Shown here: piece by piece, positions 1-13,400 of the stretch
Layout: every line of letters begins with the position of its first letter
Position numbering within the stretch: position 1 is the first letter of the stretch
From: Proteromonas lacertae
Taxonomy: Eukaryota
DNA: 64,000 nucleotides
Assembly (NCBI GenBank): GCA_002245135.1
Contig: NGBS01001163.1
Span: forward strand, 124,001 to 188,000
Reading direction: 5' to 3'
Position numbers and translations under genes: made by a program
The notes under the pieces: generated by a model
The model's database searches: none
Told to the model about the DNA's origin: nothing
The model's input: only the letters and a program-made list of their open reading frames with translations

Positions 1-155
1 GAAGAAAGATATAATCAAGTGAACAATAAGTAATAATGATAAGAATTGAATTACTTTATTATTATTTCATTACTTTGTTTTTTGTAAATATTTTCAAAAT
101 TTGCAATTAAATTAGGAATAAAATCAAATTATTTCTTTAAATTAAAATAAGTCTA

Positions 156-3100
156 TTATTTAGCAGGAGATCTTGGTGGTGATGCAGTTTTAACTGATGA
201 ACTTCTAGAATGGGATTTAGGTGAATTACTGTTATTCTCTTCTTTATTCATCTCTTTTATTGATTTATTAATCTCTTTCAAAAAATCTTCATAAAAGAAT
301 TTTTCATTTTTACTCCATTTAATAAAGAAACCACTTTTATCATTATCTGATAATTCAGGAAATACAGACGACATTATTAAATCATATGTTCCATATTCTA
401 CATAATTCAAATTATCTCCATCATATCTATGAAACAGACTACAAATACTCTTCTGTAAATCAGGAATTAGAATTATATCACTTACTAAACTATCCATATT
501 TCGACGAATTTGAGTTCTTTCAGTAACTACAAATTCTTCTTTTTCTTTTTCAACTTTTCCAGATCTTCTACCTGAATATACTTTTGATTGTCTAAGAGGA
601 TGTTTTGGAGGTTTTGGTTCTGCACCATAAGCTGAATGACTCTCTGGTGGTGTTGGTTTCATAAAACTCTTCCTCTTGTTCTTTGGCATTGTAAATGACT
701 TGGTATATTTAACATAAGGTGATTCAGTTACTGACATTCGTGGTTTTGATACAAGAATACTACTTCTCGTGGAATTATTATTGTTATTATTATAATCACT
801 ATCATCATCATCACTTTTATATGTTGCCACAGATGATGAAGTATTTAATCTATTTCGTTTATAATAATCATCACTACTATTTTCTTCATTTTCATCATCT
901 TCATCCTCATGAATTGTTCCAAAACGATAAGAATCTAATTCACTTTCAGCTCTTATAACAGAATCTAACGCTGGAGATTTTCGAAGTATATCAGGCTTCT
1001 TATTTCCACCCTCTTCTTTTTCTTCTTCAACAATTTTCAAATCTTCATCAGATGGATTGGATGGATAGTATTTCTCTATTTCTTCTCTTCCCTCAAATAA
1101 CTGTGGATCATTTGAAGCTGTTAAATAAGGAGCATAATATGCATCTCTTTGAACCCATATTGGAGCTAATTCATTCTCAATAGCGATTTGTAAATCTTCT
1201 TTATTTAAATGTTGGATTTTTGAATTTACATCTAACGATTCTAATTTCAAGTCTTTTATATCAGGTAGTCTAAATGCAGAATCTGGAGCTATCCATAAAG
1301 GATTTTCACCCAAATCTTCAGCTTCTTCTGGTTGACCTTGACTTTCTTTAATTATTTTCTGTTCGAGATATCTCTTTGCTATTCCAGCCTTCATATTTTT
1401 CAATTTATCTAAATCACTTTCTTCCTCTCCTTTCTTCTTGTTTCTATTTCGACGAGATTTCTTTTTTCCTGATTTCTTTATCCATGAACTCCATACTTCA
1501 ATAGCTGCTCTTGGATGATCAGGTGAATAATCTTGATCATTATAAGTGACATAAACGGAAACAATTCCATCACTGGATTTCTTAAAAGCAGGAAATTTGA
1601 TTTGTAGTTTATTTTCACCAATATAATCAGGAATAAAACTAAATTCTTCCATACTTGTCTGATGTAATAATCTAACATGTAAATCATGAGTAAATTCGAC
1701 ATTCTTTGTTTCGATTGTTAACAGAAATTTACCATAAAGTGGACCATCTCTTGGAGCAACATTCCACACTAATGGAATCTCCTTATACAAATTATATTCT
1801 TTTAAAGGATAGAGAGGATCAATTTGATATAATGTTGATCCACCATATAAACAAACATCAACAGTCACTTTAAACTCTCTTGTTTTATTCTTACAATCAA
1901 TAAATGAAGGAACATTACATTGAATTGTTCCATCTTTCATATAAGTACCAAAGACTCTTCTATCACCTCCCCATTCACTATTAAACGATATTATTATTCT
2001 ACCAGTATCAGCAAAATTCTCTCCTTTTAATGTCATTACTGTTCCACCACATAATGGACCCCACAATGGAACAATCTCAGTAACAACAGGTAATACTTTA
2101 AACAAAACACTTTTACCATTTTCAGTATAATGCTCTTTATCCATTGTCACTTCTATAATACATTTTTCAGTGAATATTGATGGTGATTTACATTCTAATT
2201 CAGTATCTGATATTAGTTTAGCTTCTACATCAATTAACTCGCCTTTCTTTTCACCATCTTGTGGAATAAACCTAACAACTGGAATTATTTTACTATAGAA
2301 ATTAGCTCCTTTTACTATCACAATATCATTAAATGGACCACTCAACTGTAATTCTTTTACAACAGGTAAATCATATATCATAAATTCACAACTTTCTATA
2401 CCATTAACATAATTACAATCCCAATTTCTGCCATTTAAACTAACTTCAACAACTGCTTTTCCAGAAGATGGGAATTGTGAGGTTGTAAATACAATAAAAC
2501 CATTCTCAAAATTACCTGGAACAATTACTGGATCAAATTCAGAATTTTTAATAACTAATCTTACAACACACATTCCTGTATTTACTAAACCACTTCCTTT
2601 GATATATACTTTAGTATCACCAGTGATTAATCCAAACTTTGGTTCTATCGATTCTAATGTTAAAGGACCATAAACATCAATACACTTAGGTTCAGTATAA
2701 TAATGACCATTTAAAGAAAGTCTAAACTGCCAACTACCTAATTCATTAAATCTTGGAGTTTTAAATTGAACAATTCCACTTTTAACAATACCATGAGTTA
2801 ATAAAGAATGTACATTTGGTTCTGGACTTGTCATTAAGATTGATACTTTACCCATATCTTTCAAATTACCTCCAATTATTGATATTACTTCATTACCAGT
2901 AAAATGAAAAGCTGATGGTTTCATTTTCTTTATTACAGGATTTCCAACAATTGAGAAATATGTATCACATAATGAAAAATGTTGCTTATTATCAATAGAA
3001 ACATAGAATTTAATTTTACCTGGTGGTAATGTATCTGGAGTATTGATTAATATGTTATTCTCACATGACAATAATGTCATTTGTTCTTGAATAACATCCC

Positions 3101-5790
3101 ATAATTCTTTTAAACATACACGAATATTGATATTACTATAATCATTTCCAACACTTGTATAGAAATTATCTAAATATATTTGCCAATTGAATGCTACTGT
3201 TGGTTGTGTTGGTATAATCGTTTCAATACCACTTTCATGTACAATTTTAATATCACATTGTCCTGGAAATATAATATCATTTGCTACTAAATTAATAGTA
3301 GAAGTGTAGAAGTTCATTGCATATTGAGGAACACAACTGATTGAAAATGGTGGTTTCTATTTAACAGGAATTATATTAATAGAGATATATTATACAAAAT
3401 AAAAAAAGAGTAGTGGTTTAATCATGTAAAACTGTTGACCATTCAATGAAACTGATACTGTTACATATCCTGGTTGTTTTATTGCTGGCACTATTTATAT
3501 AATAATAACAATAATAATATATACTAACACATCTTATTTCTCTTAAAGATATAAACTTTACATCTAAGATAAACTCATCATCAGTAAATGTAAATACTCT
3601 CACTTTAATTGCATTTGTATCAATAAATCCTTTTCCAAAAATAGATATTTCAGTTCCCCCTGATAATGGTCCAGATTGAGGAAATATGTTATCGCATTTA
3701 GGTATCTGATAATATTTATAAAATATATTCGTTTCACAAAAACAATTATCTCCAAACCCAACATCAAGTCTAGCTTGTTGTGAATCAGAATGGCATGATG
3801 GTGTCACTGTGTAAAAACGATTATCGATTATTTCCACTGGAGTTATTAACTGTACATCTGCAAATCTTTCACTTCTCCATGACCATTTTACAGATATTCT
3901 TTTATTCTGTTCAATTAACTGTTGAACAAATGATTCTGTATTACCAAATATCAATTCTATTCTATCATTACCAACTAAATATCCCCATTCTGGAATAACT
4001 CCTAATAGATCTGGAACAAAGTAATAATTCACTTTAATAAATGATCCTGTATCATATGAAAAGTCAAAATTATTGTATGAGAAATCAACAATAGTGTCAA
4101 CTCCATTTACCGGACAATTATCAAGTTTTGGAAGTTTGCATTCTAATTCATAAGATGCATCAGGATCTTCTAAGTCCTGATATCTCCACGCTTCCTGTAT
4201 AAATGTTCTACCATTCATTTGAAATCTAATATAATACTCATTTGTTTCAATCACAGTATCTTTAAGAAGAATTGAAAATGGAATATTTCCACTGGATGGT
4301 ATGTTTTTTATACTGCAATTCACAACTGGTGGTGATATAAAATATCTAAAAACATTCACTCCTTCGCTCACAAATGTATCTGAATTAAGTGCAACATATA
4401 CTTGAGTTTCTTCTATTTTAGCATATTGAAATGTTTGTAATGCTAAATTTGACGGAGTTCTTAACTCTAATTCACCATTTTCATTCAATATTGCTGGTGA
4501 TATTCCTACTGTTTTAGTTGAACTAGTCATTTTACCATCTTTATCTTTTGACATTGTATTTACTACAAATTTCACTTTTATATCACCAGTATCTTGGAAA
4601 TAAGTATGTTGTATTTCTCTTTTAACTAATTGTGTTTGATTGTTATTATTATTATCTGATTCATGTAATAGTAATTTCATTTTCATTGGTGTATTTCCTT
4701 GCGCAACTCCATATTCTGGGAATATTCTTTCAATTATTGGAGGATAATAAACAATAAACTGTAGAATCTGCTTGGAATAAGAATCGCCATTATTCATTGA
4801 TATTTTTACATCATAAATACCATCTCTTCTCAACTATTTTAATATAATATATAAGCATAATACTTTCCCCAATGTGAATTTAATAGTATTTTCATCAGTT
4901 CTCCTTCCTATTACATTAAATACCTCTTTATCATCCTTATAAAAACCTATTATAATGTGATTAGATTTGAATATATTAATGCCAGTTAATTTAAAATCAT
5001 TATATCCATCAATTGGTTTACATCCTGGAGTGATTCTTCTAAATATTGGTTCATCATAGATCAATAAACTATCCATTGTATTTTCTTTATGTTCAGAATA
5101 AAGAAATCCATTCATTGTAATAGTAACAAAACACTTTCCTGTATATTCTAATGGAGGTTTACAGGTTAATACAATTTTATCATTCTTTGTTCTCTTTTGT
5201 TCTGCTGGGCTTATCACTTCTTCACCTGTTTCAAATTTGAATTTTACTCTGAAAATGACTTGTGCATCTCTTGCTGAATCTATACATTGATTTAAGCATA
5301 TATCAGGTATATCTTTCCATTTCTTTTGCTCTTCAGTTAGCATTTTTCTCCAATTGTCACACATTATGGATATTTCTAAGTCTCTCTCAAACGTTTCAGA
5401 TATAGCTGGAGGCATTACATTTGTTACATAGAATTCAGGCTAACATAAACTATAATAATATAATATACGAAATAATGGAATATATGTTGGTTATAAGTAT
5501 AATATCCATCCACAAATGCTTCTATAGTAGCATCACATTCATAATCGAAAGGTGGAATTTCACAAACCATTCTATAATCATTCTCAGATTTTGCTGTTGT
5601 GTATTTGATAGTGTTTTCGTGTTGAAATTTTACTCTAATTGACTTATTTGGAGGGAAGTTGTTTCCATATATGTATAAAGTTATACCACCAGCCATAGGT
5701 CCACATGATGGTTGAAAGTATGTTATTTCAGGTAATTCTATAGAAAATATGATAATTAATAATACTCTTTTCTATCTCTGTTGTACTCAT
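156..5790 (-). CDS. Large multi-IPT/TIG-domain protein (~1,800 aa, 6 exons), no signal peptide or TM; low-complexity C-terminal region with a degenerate EF-hand-like end
   Basis: ORFs 5424-5696, 4834-5415, 3418-4833 and 156-3317 join in frame through five short GT-AG introns from ATG 5790 (MSTTEIEK|KLPEITYFQPSCGPMAGG). Repeated IPT signature P-x-x-G-P-x-x-G-G-T-x-I-x-I-x-G-x-x-F ... V-x-V-S-L-N-G (e.g. IFPQSGPLSGGTEISIFGKGF, IVPLWGPLCGGTVMTLKGENF). Confidence 0.85.
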
Positions 5791-5994
5791 GTATAGTATA
5801 AATTAATTATCCTATTTTTAGATTTTAAAAATGTGAGAATAAAAAGAAAAATAAATAATCGATAATAAAACGGTCAATTTTTGTTTAAATTTGAGAAACA
5901 TAAAATCCATGTAATTTGCTAATATAAGTGTTATTCTTGGATGTATAATGTCAATAAACCTCAATAAAAACAATTAAAAAAATAGATAATGAAA

Positions 5995-6445
5995 TTACTT
6001 CTTTTTGTAACTCTTAATGTTTGACTGTTTTGATGAATATCCATATATCGATTCAGAACAAGTAAGAATATAATAAATCATAAATCCAGAGAATATAACC
6101 CTGATAAATAAAATTCAGAAAAATAATACGATGTAGTGGTGCAAACAGGGTGAACAATTGATCCAATCACAATACCAACAATAACTGAAATTATAACTAT
6201 ATAAATAACAACAACAACAAAATACCTTCAAACCAACCACAATTTTCATATCCCATAATATCTTTTAAATCACTTAATGATATTAAAAACAAAACACTCT
6301 CAACTGCGCATAGAAATCCAGCCAAAAGTGTTAATGAGTGTGATGACCTGAATAATGCTGTTTGAAGGTTTAGGATTGCAACTACTGCAACAAATAATCC
6401 TGAAGAAATAGCAAGTGATGTAGTTGATGAAGTCTGAGCCTTCAT
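5995..6445 (-). CDS. KRTCAP2: Keratinocyte-associated protein 2 (KCP2), oligosaccharyltransferase accessory subunit; 3 exons
   Basis: Spliced product MKAQTSSTTSLAISSGLFVAVV...LTLLAGFLCAV...IVHPVCTTTSVIFS...KSYKKK*. Matches the KCP2 pattern (TSLALSS; HRVCVTTC) and ends in a basic ER-retrieval-like tail. Confidence 0.8.
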
Positions 6446-6788
6446 AAATAAAAAAATATAAAAAAAAAATCTCAAACTTGTTTGAGTGATTCAATCAACA
6501 ATTAATCCCTATTCAAATTGTACGACCATAACAAAAAATATATGATGAGTTTATGTAAGCATAATTAAAACAAAAATGAAAAAAATGTATGTGCTCGAAT
6601 AACTTTCATCTATCTCTCCTCTAGTTTTTAATATCATCTTAATTGTTGTTCCATAGACTTGTGAAATATATTTTACCGGTTTTGATATTCTAAAAATACC
6701 ACTATTAAAGTATGCAGATCTGTTGGTCAAAATTTAATAAAATAACAACCTTTCTTTTCATCCTAATTTACACTCCGCCATACATGAA

Positions 6789-8940
6789 ATGGATAATTTA
6801 AGCGTTAGCTGGGGTAGCTCCATTAAATGGGCTAGCTTCTACAGAAGAAATAACAAAACTGGTGCGATTAAGAATGTACAGTGTTTTCCAGACCATTTTA
6901 ACGGTGTTCATAAAGTATATATTTTTATAATTACACCAATAATTAGGACGCAGGTTTTGTGGTCAATCTATTTTAATAAATGTCATATGTGATGTATCGC
7001 TAATTTCTACCATTCATATCATGGGAGAATTTTGTCTAGAAGAAAATGCTAAGAGCAGATTCCCTGTAGGTAGTCATTTGTCAATAGAAGAATATGAATC
7101 TAACAAGAAGAATCACACTTTCTTTACTGGTGTTTTAGAGGTATTTTTTTATAATAATAGTATTTTCATTTAGAATAAAAATGCTGATAATCAGTGTGTA
7201 AATTGCACTTTTGAGATAAATAGAGAACTGAGGGGATGGCACTACGGTTGGACAGCAAGTAGACACCGTCAAGATATAGACCATGTGTTTATAATCCACG
7301 TATTTTACTTTAATGAAGGTAAATACGATTCAATTGGAGTATTATATTCACCTCCATTCCAAATCAAGTGCTCAAGACGTGTAACCACATTTATTGAGTC
7401 AAGAAATACACCAAAAGCCTTCAAAAAGATGCTTCCAAAGCCTTACAATCCAAATGAGAAATACAATCAATTTATTCCACATAATAAAGATATCAATGAT
7501 AATCAAGAATGTTTATACGATGGTTTAAATCGATTTAATCATGATGAACCAGGTACAAAATATCCAGTGCCAATCAATCATATGAATATTACAGAAATAC
7601 AAATTCAACCATCACCACCAGTTGTTACTAAAAGAAAAGTTAATCAAAAGAGAAAAATAGATAGAAATAATTTATTATTAGTTTATGCTAGTCAAAATAA
7701 CCATAAGAAGAAGATGAAAGTATTAAAACCACCACCATTAATCCCAATTACTTCATTATCTCAGAATTCATCACCATTAGAAACTGATCATAAAATGATT
7801 TTAGATATTAAATCAGAACCTCCTTCTCCAATTTCTTTACCACCTCCACCACCATGTATTACTTCTACAGTTAATTGTAATAATAATTATGATAATAAAA
7901 TGCCATTATATTCTAACTTTAATTCTCCTACATTATCACTTTATAATAATAATAATAGTAACAATTCGTTTAATTCGGATAGAGACAGTTCTATACAAAC
8001 TTCACCTCCTATTATTAATTATGATGATGATGATAAAATGACGTTATTGCCTGATACTTATAGCAAGACCATTTCAAAGTCTCCATCATTTTTACATTCT
8101 CCAACTATTCCTCTTTATAGTCATTTTAATTACTCATTGTGTATTAATACAGATGATATGATACAGCCACCACCACCATCTGATATACCACCTCCTCCTG
8201 TTACTCCTCCTCCATATTTTCATTCATTAAATTCCCCACCTCCATTATCATTACTACAACCATCCAGATCCATCTCACCAACTGTTGAACCATCTATGCT
8301 ATATGATGGACCTGTATTATCAGATGATTATGCAGATTCTCATAGTTTTGTACCTTTACCTCCTCCTACTTTAAGTCCTATGTTACCTACATCATCATCT
8401 ATGTCGTCTATTATATCAACTAACTCAGAATCATCGTCTTCACAAGATAATGATGAAGTATCACAATCTGCATTCTTCAATAATAATGATGGTGATGATA
8501 ACAGCAACAGTGGTACTGGTAGTGGTAGTGATAATTTGGATTGGAATTCATTTTCATTAACTGGTGATTATGAAGAATCAAGATTTATATTTACCCCTCC
8601 ATCATTACCAACTCAAAATTCACCTAATTTGGATTATATTGAATCTCAGTTTTTACAATCATCTCCACCTATTTCTGTTACTACATTATCATCATCATCA
8701 TCATGTTCTTCATCTTCATCATTATCATTTATTGATAGAAGATTGGAAGAATATAAAATGATGTTTCATTATTTTATATTCCTGTTTCTATCAACAATAT
8801 TCGTTACAATGATAGTTTTATTGTTTAAAGGAGTTTTTAAGTATTTGGATTATAAGTTGTTGATGATTGATAAAGATGTTTACTTATATTTATTAGTATT
8901 CATGGTGTTTATAGGTATACTCCACCAGTATATCTTGTAA
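6789..8940 (+). CDS. Uncharacterised protein: N-terminal globular domain, Pro/Ser-rich middle, two C-terminal hydrophobic helices; 3 exons
   Basis: ORF 6789 joins the 7285-8940 frame via introns near 6915-6946 and 7141-7173. Motifs FYRRNNKTG, CFP, GFCG, GWHYGW, SPPFQIKCSRR; basic clusters KRKVNQKRK and KKKMK; hydrophobic segments FHYFIFLFLSTIFVTMIVLLF and VYLYLLVFMVFIGIL. Confidence 0.75.
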
Positions 8941-9068
8941 AATTATATAGTATTTTCTCAATTAATTTCCATTCCATTTTTTTGTTATTTTTTTATTGTT
9001 CTATTTACTTTAAAAAGAAAAAAAAACATTTACATAAATTATTTATATATTAAAAATACAAAAAAAAA

Positions 9069-10363
9069 CTAATCACCTTCATTAATACAGCAAGAATGTA
9101 TAAATGTCGCTCCAGTCTCCATATAATCAGCTTTAGTCATTTTCTTTACATTACTAAAGTTAGATAATATTCTCTCACCCTTCCAAGTTGAAATTATTCT
9201 ATTATCAATCGATCTAACAGTGATTGGTGGAGCAGTAGGTGCAACCATAACCATTTCATTAGTCAATCTCTCAGCAAAATTAGGAAACAATGTAGTACCT
9301 CCTGCTAATATCAAATTACCAAATAATTCAGATCTAATCGCAGTATCACATCTATAAATAGAATTAACTATTCTTTTATGTAAAGGATCAACTGATGTTT
9401 GTGGTTCACTTTGTGCATATAAAAATTCTTCCTTAGCTTTTTGTAATTCCTCATCTGTTAGATTTTCCTCCACTTTTCCTTCTTCATCTTCTTCAGTATC
9501 GTCTTTCATTTGTTCTACTTTAATATCCTCCTGTACATGAGCATTTGGATCATCATAAAGAGTTGGATTGAAAATCAATTCTGATGAATTAATTCTTTCT
9601 TGGTTTAAGGCTAATAATGTGCCATCTGGTAAAGAATAAGATTCTTCTTTACTTGCTGAACTTTCATATTCTTGTAATTCTCTTTCAAAATCAAGGGCAA
9701 CATATCCATACAACTCTTTACATTTTTGAACATATAATCGATGTGTTGGTTCTGTGATATTATCATATAATCGATAGGATAATTGATGTGCTAATTCAGC
9801 TGTTATTGTGGAACCACCAAAATTGGTTACATCATAACCATCTATTGGAACACCATCCCAGAAACAACAAATCTGAGACAAATCTTCACCTACATCAACC
9901 ACACAGCCTGTAAGGAATCCTGTACCATATAATGATAATAGTGGTTGAGGATATATTGATACTTGAGGGATATTGTAATATTCGAACAAGATATCCACTA
10001 ATTTTTCTCTACTTACTGGATCGCAGAATAGTCTTTCACTAACAATGAAATTATATTCTTCTGTTGATACTTCTAATAATGAATCAACGATATAATCAAT
10101 CACTTTTTCAAAAGAATCATCACTACTAATAACTCCGTTTGTAACAGGTCTATCAATTGGATATTTTTCACAATGGGGAAATACATTATCTCCTACAACA
10201 GTATCATCAGAAGTAGTTGAAAAAGCAACTAAAGTAGGAACAATGAATCTTGGAGCAACATCTGTGGAGAAACCAACCTTTGTAAGTCCACTCCCAATAT
10301 CAAATAAAAGATCTATGATATAAATTTATATTAACAATAGCTTATACATGGTTTATCAGACAT
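9069..10363 (-). CDS. Divergent actin-related protein; 2 exons
   Basis: MSDKP|YLLFDIGSGLTKVGF...APRFIVPTLV; LSLYGTGFLTGCVVDVG; YSLPDG; LFGNLILAGGTTLFPNFAERL. These are actin-fold motifs, with an acidic insertion. Confidence 0.9.
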
Positions 10364-10447
10364 TTTCAAAAAAAGCGTTTTTGAATGAAAAAAACTCTCC
10401 CCAAAAACATTGAAAAAAGTACCCACAATTCAAAACGATTGATTTTT

Positions 10448-13400
10448 ATGTTTCAGTTATACACACTAGTTTTGCTAATAGTAAGTGTTACTTCATTAAA
10501 AGTAGGTTATATTTACCAGGATAGCTCAGATGGAGATAAAAACATCGAAATTATCACAGATTACAGTAAATATCTACTAAATAATACAGGCTATGAAATA
10601 CAAGTAGAGGAATGTAAATATTCTGGTAGTATAAACTTGGAAAAGGTGAATACATGTATGTACAAATACGAAGAAGATAATATAAATCTCATATTTGCTG
10701 AATGTAAGGCACACATATATATGGTAAGTGAGGAATACTTTAACAGAACAAACGCCCTTATTTGGTGCATCACAACTGTAGCTACTGGAAGATGTATGTC
10801 TCACTATGTCATAGGTAATTCAATGATTCCCACTTTGAAGACTTTACCATTCCTTATAGGTGATTATGCTCAAGCAACAGGTTATATAGGTGGAGGCGCA
10901 AATGTTGATGTTGATAACTTCTATTTTCAGCATCTAAGTGTGGCAAGTGATAGTGTAGGAGAAAATTTAATATATTCTGCTGTAAGAACATTTACATCTA
11001 CAGTAACTGTTGATAATGTGAAAGAATACGTTGAATTTATCAAAAATAGTAAAAATGATAAAACAACCACTTATGTTTATAACAACGATCCAACTATAGT
11101 AAAAGCTCTTATTGATGAATTATACTCAAATAATTTAAACACAACTTTTAATCCAATTATCTTTCTATCAGGTGGTATAACAACAGATGATATTCGAACA
11201 GCATTAGGAAGTGATATAGCTAATAATTTAAACAATATATACATGTCAGGATATGTAATTAAAGCTAATACAACCGATAATGACTTATTGAAAAACACCT
11301 ATCATAAAGCTGGAAGTGATTATTTTAATGAAGCATATATGATGGGAATAACAAAGATGTTATGTTATGCAATACAGAATTCTTATTCTACTAATCCATA
11401 TGTATTATTAACGACAATATATGATCGAATATTTGAATATCCAGGTGGACAAATATCACTATTAGCAAACCACTATACAACCACTACATATTATGGTTTG
11501 AAATTTGATAAAAATGGAGAAGTTGATTTGAAATATACTATTCCGATAATGATGAGATTTGAACCAAATGGTACATTAGATGATGTATTAACAGAGACCT
11601 GTAATTTTACACTAAATCCACAAACTGGATTATTCAATAAACCATATATAAATATACTGATAGTTCAAAATGTAAAAGGAGATTTTAAATTTGCCCAATT
11701 GATCGTAAGAAAGATGTTAATAGAATATATTAATGAAATCAACCTAAAAGGAGGAATATTGAATAAAGAATTGCAATTAGTATATGAGAATATGGGAGAT
11801 ATGTATGATAATGATGATGATGAGAGTAGTATAGAAGAAACAATATATAATATATTAAACAAAACTGAATTATATAATATAAACACAGTATTTCTATTCT
11901 CATCACCTGAAGTAAGACAAAAAATAACAAGTGAAGTATATAAAGAGAATGAAGATATATTGTTTTTATATTTTGGTCCTGTAGAAGGTGAGGAATGTAT
12001 TGATAATGTGATTTATACTCAACCAATATCATCTGCTTATATACAAACTCTTGTTACTCATTTAGCATCTTTACCTACAAGAGAAAAGATATTTATAGTG
12101 TCAAGTAAATATCGATTTGCTAATTTCACTACTAGGAATTTAATTAACTGAATTAAGTGCTTTAGACTATACTGAAAATGACTTACCATTTTCTGATTTG
12201 ATTAGTTTCAATGAGAGTTATATTAAAGGAATAGTTGAACATGATGTAAAACACTTTTTACCTGATGGAGGTATTATTATATTAACATGCGAAGATGCAT
12301 TTCAAAATGTATTATTTAAGGCGTTTAAAAATGCAAATATGACATCTGCAAATGGTTATTCAATTATTTCGATGAATTTAAACTCCATTACTGTGAAAAT
12401 AATTGGATATGATGTATTTGACAATCATAAGTATTTAGTTCATTATAAAGAAGGACTTCAACATAATTATAATGGTAATTTCTTAGTTCAATTTCATGAA
12501 GAAATGAATATGATGTTAAATGATTATTATCCAATATCAGGTACAATGGGAATATTGTATAATATCTATCAACAATGGGAACAAGCTGTCAAGCTTTGTG
12601 GATATACAAATCCAAAACAGTATAAAGAGTATATATACCACCAACCAATACCAGATCCAGCAGCAGGTCCATATGAAATATATTACAATGGCTATGCTCA
12701 AGCACAATTAAGAATTGTCCAAGTCACAAGTGATGGTGATTATAATATGATAATGGAAGATTATTTTGCTCGACAACCTCAAACCTATCAAAGTGGCAAA
12801 CAAACTTGTGATTGGCATGATCCGACAACCGAACCAGGTGGACCAATCAAAAGTTATATAATCGGTGTATTGTATGATGTAAGAACAACAAATGGAGTGA
12901 AAAGATATAATGAATTACGATTAATAACAGAAATGATTAATCAAGATGGTGGTATAAATGGAAGGCAGTTAGTTGTGAATCAAACGAATTATGATGATGA
13001 TTATAATCATATCATAACTGCAGCTAATCAATTGATTAATGATCCTGATTTCTTATGCTTCTTTGGTACACAAAGTGAAGAAGAAAGAAAAACAATTGAA
13101 CCATTATTAGAAGAGAAAGATAAGTTGCTGTTCGTATTTTTAGATTCTAATGGTGAAGTTACTTACAAGAATATTATACAAATGAGCTTTATTACACATC
13201 AATATTATACATATCAAATGTATTGGTTATTTGAACATTTTCAGAAATATGTAATTGTTCATTCATCTGATAATACTACTGTAGAAAGAGTAAAGTTTAT
13301 AAAAAGCTTGAGTGAGTTTGTAGAAAGACCAGATAATGGTGTTTATGTATTTGATGGTGGTAATGCTACTAATATAACCAATGAAATAAAAGATAAATAT

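Noticed and set aside
1..33. Possible 3' end of a plus-strand gene (EERYNQVNNK*)
   Set aside because: Too short to support any call.
10385..10447. Upstream ATG extending the GPCR ORF (MKKTLPKN...)
   Set aside because: It lies only ~20 bp from the divergent gene's ATG; the ATG at 10448 gives a clean signal peptide.
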